Source: Callorhinchus milii (taxonomy: Eukaryota). From it: 64,000 nt of DNA. The position numbers and the translations under genes were made by a program. Under the pieces are notes generated by a model. That model saw nothing but the letters and a program-made list of their open reading frames with translations. It was not told where the DNA came from and made no database searches. Below, piece after piece: positions 1 through 10,682 of the stretch. Where the stretch lies: assembly GCF_018977255.1 (NCBI RefSeq), contig NW_024704742.1:40612001-40676000 (forward strand). Reading direction: 5' to 3'. Position 1 is the stretch's first letter; each line of letters opens with the position of its first letter.

Positions 1-619
1 TCTGACCTAAGAAAACATTCAAGTAAATAAGGTAAAGTACCATTGCTACAATAGGTGTGTGCAAAATAACTCCTTGCCCATTACAAAAAGATGGGGAAAA
101 AATCAATGATTCACTCAACATATCCATTCACAGCAAGATTGTGGCAACCTGTCAGATCAAATTATGAGATTATATATATATCAAGATTATTTAGCTAGTG
201 AGTTGAAATATTTTATTTTTTCCCCAGGATGTTTCATGATGTGGTTATATTTGGAATATTGTATATAATTTGGGGCTTCTTAGGTTCAAAGGAACATTGA
301 TCCATTAGCTAGAAGGAGCAGTGACATATTTAATCCTAAACTATTGGTTCATAATGATGCATTGGATTTGCTCTCCATGAATAAACAGAGATCCAGAAGG
401 ACCTGATCAGGTTTCAAAATCCTGAAAGCAGCAACAACTTAAATTCACATGGGACCTTTCATGTAATGAGGGCATCTCAGAGAACTTCACCCGGCTGACT
501 GGGAGCCTGAGCTGATGAGGGAGGAGGATAAGGTGGACAAAAGCATATTCAAAAATGATGAATAATTTGGATACAATTGACTCACTGGCTCCTTCTGAGG
601 CTTGAAATAATTAATGCGT

Positions 620-928
620 GTGGAGTCCTGTACTTCAGTGGTTAGAGCACTCATCTCGCAAGCGAGAGACCTGGGTTTGATTCCCTGCAGGACGAAATGT
701 TGGGCAAGTTTCCTTACTCCACATGCCTCCGTTTACCTAGCAGTAAGTAGGAACCCAGATGTTAGTCGATTGGCATCTGGGGGTAATAACTCCATCAAAA
801 AAATAATAGATTGGTCACTTCAATCCACAACTGTTTGTGGGACACTGCTGTGTGCAATTGGCTGCTGCATTTCGCCCACAAGATATACAGTCAATTCACT
901 TTACAGTGTATTCTGTGAAGTGCTTTGG
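620..928 (+). mobile_element. tRNA-derived SINE, long (older) subfamily
   Basis: gtggagtcctg head with A/B-box-like motifs, gggcaagtt...gtttacctagcagtaag middle, and ctgtttgtgggacactgctgtg body shared with many other copies. Confidence 0.85.
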
Positions 929-1469
929 TTCCTGAATTTTAAACTTTTGCAATTTTAACTCTGTCTCCTGGCAATTACCTGCCACATATTTATGAATAAT
1001 TGACTTGCAAGGGGAAGGAAATGTTGATAATGACTGGTTTGGGAGGACACTTAGATTGGACCCAATTGTCCAATGCTGAAGTGATCAGAAGTAAGAAACA
1101 AAGTACCATTTGTACCCTTTGTACATAGGAAATATAATCTAAGTCTTAAATAAAAATGATCATATTAATCTCCATATTTTGAGTGTGACTACAACAGGGA
1201 TAAGTTAGATAAGGTAAGATAGAAGGATCTAAAATAAAAGATTTCCAGTGAAATCTTTAATGAGGAATTCTGTAAGAAATCCAGCAGGAACTCCACTCCA
1301 GAAATGATTGTGTCAGAGCACAGTTTCCATAAATCAGTGTACTCTCTTTTACAAGGAAAGAATTCCCATTTGCGTAACTTGGATTCTTTACAACGATCTG
1401 TGATGTACTACATTTTAGACTCTATTGTTTTGAAGGTCCGGAAATTATGCCCATCTGTTAACTTGAAAA

Positions 1470-1636
1470 AAATGGTCACTTAATTGTTTGTGAGACACTG
1501 CTGTCCGCAATTCGCTGCTGCGTTTCGCCCACAACATACATAGTCAATCCACGTTACAATATATCCTGTGAAGCACTTTGAGACGCCTCAACAATGTGAT
1601 AAGTCGCTATTTCAAATGCAAGGATTATTATTATTA
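1470..1636 (+). mobile_element. tRNA SINE 3' half
   Basis: Body plus caaatgcaaggattattatta tail. Confidence 0.8.
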
Positions 1637-2047
1637 ATTTAATTGGCAAACTCAAATGCTTCATAGCACAATCGTATAATTTTCGAACCTTAAGTGCAAA
1701 CCTAAATGACAAATGTTGCCAATCATTTATCTTAATTGTTTCTATTTGTCTGGTTTTCAAAGAAAAGACAGCGCTGAGCCACCATAATGGTATGGGTTAC
1801 TTCAGGTGGCAACAAGGTTTGTTAGACCAATATTCCACCAGCTGGGAGCTAATTTACTTAAGATGCTCTTTCTCTCATATTTCTACCTCCACTGAGCTGG
1901 TTGGCAGATAGTAGTGAAACCTATTTCATGTCATGCAAGAGCAATTTTGAACACTTAAGATTCTAGTAAAATGCATCAGACTACGGTATTTCAAAAGAAT
2001 GTTGGATACTAATTTATTTTCTTTATTATTTTCTTATAGATCTGAAG

Positions 2048-2297
2048 ATGTTAGCCTTGCTTTATCTGGCAGGCTTGGTGCACTGTATAACCAGCCAACC
2101 ACTTATTAGCAAAATGAAAGGAAGAAGAGAAACCGCCAATGATTTTTCCAGGTTAATATGTAGCGTGCCTGGCCTGCCTGGACCTCCAGGGCCTCCTGGA
2201 ACCAATGGAATCCCAGGCCCCCATGGGCGTGTTGGCCTGTCAGGGAGAGACGGGCGAGATGGCAGACAGGGTGAGAAGGGTGAAAAGGGGACTTCAG
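2048..2297 (+). CDS. C1QTNF7: C1q and TNF-related protein 7, coding exon 1 (signal peptide, Cys, 14 Gly-X-Y triplets)
   Basis: [18 protein letters not shown]...[47 protein letters not shown] matches the recalled CTRP7 N-terminus. Acceptor ttcttatag ends 2039; donor g|gtaaag at 2297/2298 (phase 1). Confidence 0.95.
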
Positions 2298-2959
2298 GTA
2301 AAGCATTTGAACGTACTTTTAAATTAGGTGTCACAGTGTTTTACCAGTTGTTTTGCTGAACCAACTGTATAAAAATAAATGATGGACAAGGCAGGAGCAT
2401 TCTCTTTGACACCTGAATATCACTGGAGCCAGTGGGATCTGCAGAGGAATTGGATAAATTTCGACAGGATATTTCATGGAATCTGAGGGATAATCTCACC
2501 ACATTCATTGTGGTTTAACGCCAGACAAAGCTCATTGAAAACTCATGAAAGGAAGGTCAAGCACTGAAAATGCTTATGGAATAATTGAAGTCAAAATTGA
2601 CTTCAATCTGACGTGAAAGGCACTAAACAAATGATTATTATTATTATCGCCCAGTGTGTAATGTGCTGTATTTTAAACGCCAAAGAAACAATAATCAATT
2701 AAAGATGATGTTGTCCCCCCCTCCCAGCTCTGTGACAATGATTGTCTATTGCCAGCCATTGCACATTTGGTCCGCAGTGAGCAATCCTGAGTTTCCAGGA
2801 TACCAGTTGAACTTGAAAACAATTAGAGTTAAACCCTCTTCAGATAGACATTAAAGATCCCATCCAGAGCAGCAACATAGTAGAATTCCTTATCAAGCAT
2901 TCCTGATAAGAAATATCACACATTGGACCTCAGCATTGTAAAGGTTATCAAAGATCCAC

Positions 2960-3540
2960 TCCCTACTTAAACCCATCCAGTATAACTTTCGTCCTGCCCC
3001 CTGCAAAGAGACAGCGCACGTCTAAATGACGCTCTCTCTCTGTGACCAAGGCTCCCTCTGCTCATTCTCCGGCATGAAACTCCGCTCCCCGATCACCCCA
3101 GTCCTTGCCAAACTGCACTGGCTGCCTATCCCAGAGAGGATCAATTTCAAGATCCTCACCCTCGTATTCAAGTCCTTGCACTCCTCTGCACCCCCAACCT
3201 CTCTGACCTCCTCTCTCCTCAAAATAGCACCCGTTGCCTTCGTTCCTCCGGGTTTGGCCTCCTCCTTGTCCCCCGAGATTTCCGCTCCACCCTTGGCGGC
3301 CGTGCCTTCAGCCACTACGCCCCAAGGCTCTGAAACTGCCTTCCTCACTCCCTTCGTCTCACTCCCTCCCTTCCCATTTTCAGGTCTCTGCTGAAGACCT
3401 TTCTTTTCGACCGCGCCTTTTGTCACCTTCCTCCCCCTCCCCCTGGCTCGGTTCTGGGATCCGTTACTGTAAAGCGTTCTGAGACACCGTCCGGCGTGGA
3501 GGGCGCTATATAAATCCAAGTTGTTGTGGAAGTTGTTGTT
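2960..3540 (+). mobile_element. LINE L2 3' end
   Basis: Encodes ITPVLAKLHWLPIPERINFKILTLVFKSLH; ends gggcgctatataaatccaag(ttg)n. Confidence 0.9.
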
Positions 3541-4412
3541 GGACCTCTCCACCACGGTTAACACAATTGAACACCCGTCCTCCTCTACCGCCTCTCATCC
3601 CTCATCCACCTTAGTGGGACTGCACTCACATGGTTCAAATCCTATTGTATAATAATAATAATAATACTTGCATTTGATATAGCGTTTTTCACGTCTTCTC
3701 AACATCTCAAAGGGCTTCACAGAATAGACTGTAAAGTGAATTGACCATATATATGTGGGCAAAATTTTACCAACCTGCAACATCTCAGCAAATGTTTTTT
3801 CCTCCCACCCCCACCAGCCACCTACAGGGTATCCCAAGGCTCCATTCTCGGCCCCCTTCTTCTCCTTATCTACACGCTGTGTCTTGGCGATGTCATCCGC
3901 AGACATGGGGTCAACTTCCACATGGGGTCAACTTCCACATGTATGCGGATGACACCCAAATCTACTTCTCCTCCTCCAGCTGCAATTCCCAGTCCACTGA
4001 TGTCCTGTCAGCTTGTTTGATAGACATAAGACCTGGATGAACGCAAATTTCCTTCAGCTGAATGTCGGCAAGACGGAAGCCATACTCTTCAGCTTGCGTC
4101 AATGTCTTCTCTGCTGCAGGACTGAACTCCTCAACCTCCACTGGCTCTCCCTCAGACTCGCCAAACCCATGTGCAACTTAGGCATCAGGTTCGATCCCCA
4201 ACTTTTCTTTCTACCCCACATCCTTTCCCTGACCATGACCACTTTTTTCCACCTCCGTCACATTGCCCACCTCCATTTGCACCTCACAACCAACGCAGGC
4301 GAAACCCCTGTCCATGCCTTTGTCACTTCCAAGCTGGACTATTCTAATGCCCTCCTTGTTGGTCTCTGCAGCTCCACTATACACAAAATTCAATTAATTC
4401 AAAACTCCGCCA
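3541..4412 (+). mobile_element. LINE L2 reverse transcriptase remnant, interrupted by a reverse SINE tail at about 3648-3762
   Basis: LLDLS, HMYADDTQIY, WMNANFLQLNVGKTE and HAFVTSKLDYSNALL motifs, with frameshifts. Confidence 0.9.
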
Positions 4413-4909
4413 TTGTTGCATTTCTAATTTATGAAGTTTGGGTCAAGACTCAGAAACAGAGGGAACCAGATACTACTATCATTTCTTTATAACTCTTGCT
4501 TCTTTAACATACCTCTTACAATTCTCTATTCTTAAACATACCTGCTTTGTATTTCTTAAAACTTGAAATATACTTCCTTTGTATTTCTTAACACTTTCTA
4601 GGCAATTTTGTAATTGTTTATTTTTAAATAACTGTTTGTATTTATCGGTACTACATCTTTCTTACCTAAAGTAAATCATGAATTTCTTCATACACTTTTT
4701 GCCTGCCCATGAGTGTTTTTATACACCTTCACATATGCCCACTTTTCAGATTTCCAACATACAAGGTTACGGAAGACTACAATATAGTCTCACAACACCT
4801 CTATATATTCACACTGAACTCAGACTGAAAGAGTTAATTTTTTATTTTTTTTGCTAACCTTTTAAAGCAATACATTTAAAACAATATCCAGATCTTTTGA
4901 ATAATTCCT

Positions 4910-5260
4910 GTATTAGCCTGGATCAATTGGTCAGACTATTGCCCCTGAGTCAGAAGGTTATGGGTTCAAACCCTACAACTTTGAATTCACAAGTCTAGGC
5001 AGACACTCCAGTACAATGTTAGAGATGTGCTGTATTGTTAGATGTGCCGTCTTTCAGATGAGATGTCAATCCAATGTTGTGTTCTGTTCAGGTTAATGTT
5101 ACTGTATGAAAAAAGAGAGGAGTTTCTCCCAGTGTCCTGGCCAAGATTCCCCCAAACACAATTAATCATTCATTTTATGGCTATTTGGGGACATTCCTGT
5201 GCAAAAAATTGGCCATGTTTGTCTACGAAGTACAGAGTCACTACACTTTACAGTATATGA
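4910..5260 (+). mobile_element. Deu-domain SINE (SacSINE1/AmnSINE1-like), old
   Basis: gacactccagtac...gtgccgtctttcagatgagatg...gagtttctcccagtgtcctggccaa. Confidence 0.8.
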
Positions 5261-5271
5261 TGTATATAAGT

Positions 5272-5610
5272 GTGAGTCCTGTAGCTTAGTGGTTAGAGCA
5301 CTCGCCTCCCAAGCGAGAGACCTGTGTTTGAATCCCGGGTAAGGCGAAACATAGGGCAAGTTTCCTTGCTCCACATGCCTCTGCTTATTACAGTAAATAG
5401 GAACCCGGTTGTTAGTCCATTGGCGGTAATAATACTTTTTTTTTAAAAATGTGGTCACTCAATCTATGACTGTTTGTGGGACACTGCTATACTGATGTGT
5501 TTCGCCCACAAAACACATAGTCAATTCACTTTACAGTATATTCTGTGAAGCACTTTGAGACCTCTTGATAACGTGATAGGGCACTATATCAAATGCAAGA
5601 ATTATTATTA
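5272..5610 (+). mobile_element. tRNA SINE, long subfamily, full length
   Basis: Head tagcttagtggttagagc...gtttgaatccc through to the ttatta tail. Confidence 0.88.
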
Positions 5611-6167
5611 AGGCTTGAGATGTCCTAATGTGAAAGCAGAAAGTGTTGTTTGTTTCAGGAATAAATTAGATAGATAGATTTCTGTTAGAAAATAATATTT
5701 CGGGATACAATATATAGTTTGGATCATGACTGCCAGGATAGTGGAAGGCAAACTGGATGGACCTTGATCTTCTTTCGCCTAGCAAATTCTTATGTTCTTA
5801 AGCGTTATATCAAGTGCAAGGATTTTTTTNAAAAAGGTAACCGCAATACATCCCATTGCAAACCTTCTGTGTGACTTAAAAAGACTTGTTGTCCCTGTCG
5901 TCTAATGGTTAGTATTTGGCACCCTCAGGACTGTGACCTAGTCAGGAAATATTTTTTTTCATCAGGAAGTGGCACAAAAGGCTGAAAGTAAATTAGAATA
6001 AGCAAAGGGAAATATCTACATATTTAAATTTGGTGTTAGTTATGCCATGAAGTTCAATGATAATTCAGTAACAATAAAAGAAAACAAAGTTGGCACTTCA
6101 ATATAGCAGTCAACTTTTTAAACATATGCCATGTGTAAACCATCTGCAAACACACATGTACTATTTG

Positions 6168-6520
6168 TCGTAGCTCAGTGGTTAGAGCACTCGCCTCACA
6201 AGCGAGAGAACTGGGTTCCATTCCCAGCAGGGTGAAACATTGGGCAAGTTTCCTTACTCCACACGCTTGTTTACCTAGAAGTAAGTAGGAACTCGATTGT
6301 TAGTTGATTGGCAGATCACTTTTCCAGGGGTAATAATAAAAANTAATAATTTGGTCACTCAATCCACGCCTGTTTGTGGGACACTGCTGTGCACAATTGG
6401 CTGCCACGTTTCACCCACAAAATATGCAGACAGTTCACTTTACAGTATATTCTGTGAAGTGCTTTGAGACGTCTCGAAGACATGGTAAGGTGCTATATCA
6501 AATGCAAGGATTATTATCAT
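6168..6520 (+). mobile_element. tRNA SINE, long subfamily
   Basis: tagctcagtggttagagc head; gcaaggattattat tail. Confidence 0.88.
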
Positions 6521-8809
6521 TTTCCATCATATGTAAACCCTTAATTGTATAATTTACCAATCCTTTCCATTGGTTATTAATGACATAATTAAGCACATTT
6601 GTGATTCCCTCTGTACATATGTGTTTATGTACATATTTACACATGACACTTTTTTTAAAGTCAGCTGGGATTCTGACACATGTAATAACCCACCACCATG
6701 CTTAAGAATATCGAAACCAAACAAGGTTCCATGTATGATACTTACACAAAGAAATTATCTCTCGCTGGAGGGATGCATCTTGCTTACCTAATTCTGGAAA
6801 ATATTAGGCACAGGTTGGCAAGAGACAAGGTTTGGGTGCACTGGGGTACCCCAAGTTTAACTAGTTAAAACCACTGTTAACTGAAATGGGTCAATTCTGT
6901 ATTTAATTCTATTTAATTTAAATACATTTTTTGATTCAGAAATTTGTGAGTGATACGGAAAGGTATAGCTACCAATCCAGAGTGCAGAATATACAGTTAC
7001 ACAAGTTTTCTTATTAGTTTCATACTTTCTCTTCTTACTTTTCCTGTGTGTCTGTTCCAACTTCAGGATGGTTAGTAACCGATTATACAAGTTTTCACAA
7101 CCTTCAAGACCATCTGGTTTATTTTGCTGATATAGTTTCCTTGTTTTTACTCATCACCCCATAAAGACTATCTTATTAAAAAATTCAATGGATGTATTTC
7201 CATTAACTACTCAGTACCGGCCTACTGGTCTTTTCTAGGAAGGTTAGCAGTCAGTGCTTTCACACAACAGTATAGACATACAGGAGTAACATTTCCATTC
7301 AACATCATATATTGTTGGCCATTGATGGGAATGCTGAATGGAGTTTTTGCCCTCACAGTATTGGTTATGTTATATGCACTAGAAACTGGAATAACATCGG
7401 TATAGATGACCTTCACTTATGACTGTTACTGCTTTCTGACTGAAAAAAAATCTCATCTGTCTGGATTGGATCCAAGCTCAGATCCTGCAGATAAAAGGAG
7501 AATTCACTAACCTACTATGTCACTAATTCCTTCCTACATCATTTATTTGCCATTGGGCAAAAAAAAATGCTTCATTATCTTGTTCCGTTTATGGAAGTAC
7601 TTTAAATCGAAAATTCCTTAATGTGTTTTAACAAGATGTTGCTGAGCCTCAGGGACCCCAATGTTTGGTGGGCAAATTTGAAATGAAAAGAAAAAACAGT
7701 GACTGCTGGAATATTTCTAATGTGTGGCGATTAAAGGCTGCATTAACTGTTATTGCCAATGCCAAAATACTCATACTTGAAGAATCTAACAGTTTTCTAA
7801 AATATAAATACAACAATATGTTGCATTTATATAGCGCTTTTCATGTGCGGTGGGGTTCCAGAGCGCTTCACAGTGACAGAGTCTGAAAAGAATTGCTTTG
7901 ATAGGATAAATCGAGAAAGACTATTTACACCAATTAGCGAGTTGGTTTAAAAAAAGGGCATAAATTGAGGATTCTCAAAGTACAACATACACAATCACTG
8001 CACTTTACTGTATATCCAGTAAGTGAACCACTTTGAGATGTCCTTCCGACATGAAAGGCGATATATCAAATATAGGGATTATTATAGTAAAAAACAATTT
8101 TTTTTCACAGAATATTGTTTGAATATCTTTACCACAAATGCCTGTTCAAGCTGAGAACAACTTTTAAAAAAGAATGGTATGAATATTTGAAGAAAAATAA
8201 TATTAAAGGGTATAGTGAAAATCAGGAGAATGGGATTAGTCTATCGCCTCTTTCTGAGTAGCAAACTTTCCATGATTCTATTGCATAAGACTACAAGTAT
8301 TGCTTTAGATGTCATCATGGTACAATGATTAACTTTACCATGGAAAATAATATGCTTTTCCTAATGTTCGTTCTATGGTTTTTCCTGATAGCACAGCTAA
8401 AATCAGGAACTTGTGAAGTAGGGTGCCCTAGTACTGGCCATCCCATGCCGTACCGTTGTCGTAGATCCACAAAGAAGTTCTAATGTGTTCCTCTGTTGAA
8501 CCAGGCACAATATGTACTCAAGCACCCTTAAACAAATGTTCATCCCAACATTTGTGCTGCTTTGTTGCATTGGTTTAATAACTATTCTTGCACTGGATTC
8601 ATTTTCTTCCAGCATTAATCCTTCCAAGTTGTACTTTCTTATTTGAACATATGATGAATGTACATAAATCATTCAAAGCTGTAATCAGCCTGCATCATCA
8701 ACGTGAAAAACATTCCCCTTGTAGCCATGGGAACACTCTACAGAATAGATTTATTGGTTAGGTATTTGGATTGTGGCATGATCACATAGAGGTATGTAAC
8801 AGTCATGGT

Positions 8810-9198
8810 GTGAAGAGAAATGCAATCCAGACTGCCTTGGTTCGGCCAGCCTAACTCATCTGCAGGACTTGGAATGGCAGACCAGTCACTCGGGTCAGGA
8901 AATCCTGCCTCAGCTCCTGTTATCCCTGCAAGCCAAAGCATTAATGGGTAGGGTGTTTCTAGCTGGATAAGCAGTGGGAAAGCTTGCCAGATGGTTAGAC
9001 TCCAGCTGTGGGGTCCCCAAGCCTTGAATCCTGCTAACCCGAACCTAATACTTTCTGGGATTAAGTAAGCAGAGTGCGTATTCCATTCCAACAATCTATC
9101 TCTGGGATTTCCATGTGGAGGTGGGATGCATGGAAATCTCAGCTTGGTTTGGATACTCTGAAGAATCGTGAATGGCACTCGGCTGACCAAAATAAAAT
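8810..9198 (+). repeat. Unassigned interspersed repeat (family U), A-tail on +
   Basis: Shares ctcatctgcaggacttg, agctggataagcagtggga, ttggatactct and ggctgaccaaaa blocks with other copies. Confidence 0.75.
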
Positions 9199-9904
9199 TC
9201 AGTAATCCTAAATAGACTTTAGGTAAAATGTGAAATTTACTCTAAACCATTTACTCTATAAAAAATGTCACATTTCTATCATACTGTAGTTCAACATAGT
9301 CATCTTGTATCTCACCTTTTTTTGCTCAAAATATCACCTTTGGCATCTCTGCCTCATCAAAGTTGGGTCTCTTAAAGGAATGAATCAAATCTGTAGAGTT
9401 CAACCAATCACTATATAAAGTAATATTGCAGAGGGTTTACAATACAACCTCTGACCTCAGTTAGAACAGCAACAAAATTACATTTATATAGCACCTTTCA
9501 CGTCAGGAGGACTTCCCAAGGCCCTGAAGCTCCCAAAGAGAATTGCACTGGGTGATTAATGGTTCAGAAAATGCAGTGTTCAAAATTGCACAGAGCATTC
9601 CTCAAACTTCTCATATCTAGGGCTAAATACACGCTTAAATATCCAGGGCTTGGTAACAAACGTGACTGATTTGCAGAGAAGTAAGCTGCCGCTTAAACTC
9701 CACATTTCTAACTGGTAGAACCGTCGCTCAATAAATAGGGGTGTGTGTCTGAACTGTGGCATGAAGATGGTGGCAGTGCTCTCATGCATTGCATGCTAAG
9801 TTGTGCTGTTCAGCAGGAATCTCACAGGGAGTTTGTGATAGCTGATATCCACCTAGTGAGGGCTCAAATCTCCACTTATCAGATGTTAAATGTCAAACAG
9901 CCAA

Positions 9905-10682
9905 TAAGTAACTATCCTTCCTAAGGGTATAGGTAAGCAGAGGTTTCTTGGGACTGAGCTGACTCGAAGATAACACAACTGGCAATGTCAGAATTGAGTT
10001 AGCTTTCTGTGTACTCTTGGTAGCCCATTTCCTGAGCCAGGTGTGTCCGCAGTATTCCAGGCTATTGTTAATGACAGCCCAGTCAGCCTGGCTCATCAGC
10101 AGGACCTGAAGAGGCAGATCAATTACTGAAAGCAGGGATTCTTCCCACTTGCCTCCCGTTAACCCTGTAAACCAAAGCCTAATGGATAAGCAGTGGGATG
10201 CTTGCCAGACAATGTTTATAATGGCAAGCTGTGTTGTTTAGCTCATTAAACTCCAACAGCACTCCAACGCACGCTCTAGGGCAATTGTAGCTAATCTTTT
10301 TGGTCACTAACCAAATAAACTTTCTTGATTGAAAATGTCTTGATTTATGACCACGCCTGCGCATTGCCACTCAGTAGCTACTGGAAACAAAACATTGATT
10401 TTAAACAGACTGATCTAGATTAGTCCGAATGTTAGGACAGCCATGGGCTGGCCACCACTCCTTTCGGGTCCCAAGCCCTAGCTCTTGGCAACATTTAATT
10501 AATGCTTTCCGGAATTAGATAAGTGGAGGGAGAAAGAGTAGCATTCCATTCCAGACACAGGGAAATTTCTATGTGTAGGTGCAATTCTCCAACTGTTTGG
10601 ATTGAGAATTGCACATACACTGCATTAAGCATGATTAAGCTGTTTTTTTTCACATCAAACATTGATTGACCACAAAAAAAAT
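9905..10682 (+). repeat. Family U, longest copy
   Basis: Colinear with 19765-20385 (reverse) and 27520-28035 (reverse); ends gaccacaaaaaaa. Confidence 0.75.

Noticed and set aside
1775..1795. ATG|gtatgg as an upstream coding exon of C1QTNF7
   Set aside because: Splicing to 2040 gives ATG ATC TGA, out of frame. The true first exon could not be located.
2062..2334. Antisense ORFs over the collagen exon (likewise 55075-55563, 58464-58741)
   Set aside because: Shadow frames of real + strand exons.
2584..2607. Perfect 11-bp-arm palindrome attgaagtcaa-aa-ttgacttcaat
   Set aside because: Too short and AT-rich to assign a function; no larger element is visible.
10085..10105. CTGATGAG in family U as a hammerhead core
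   Set aside because: No stem II followed by GAAA, and the motif varies among copies.
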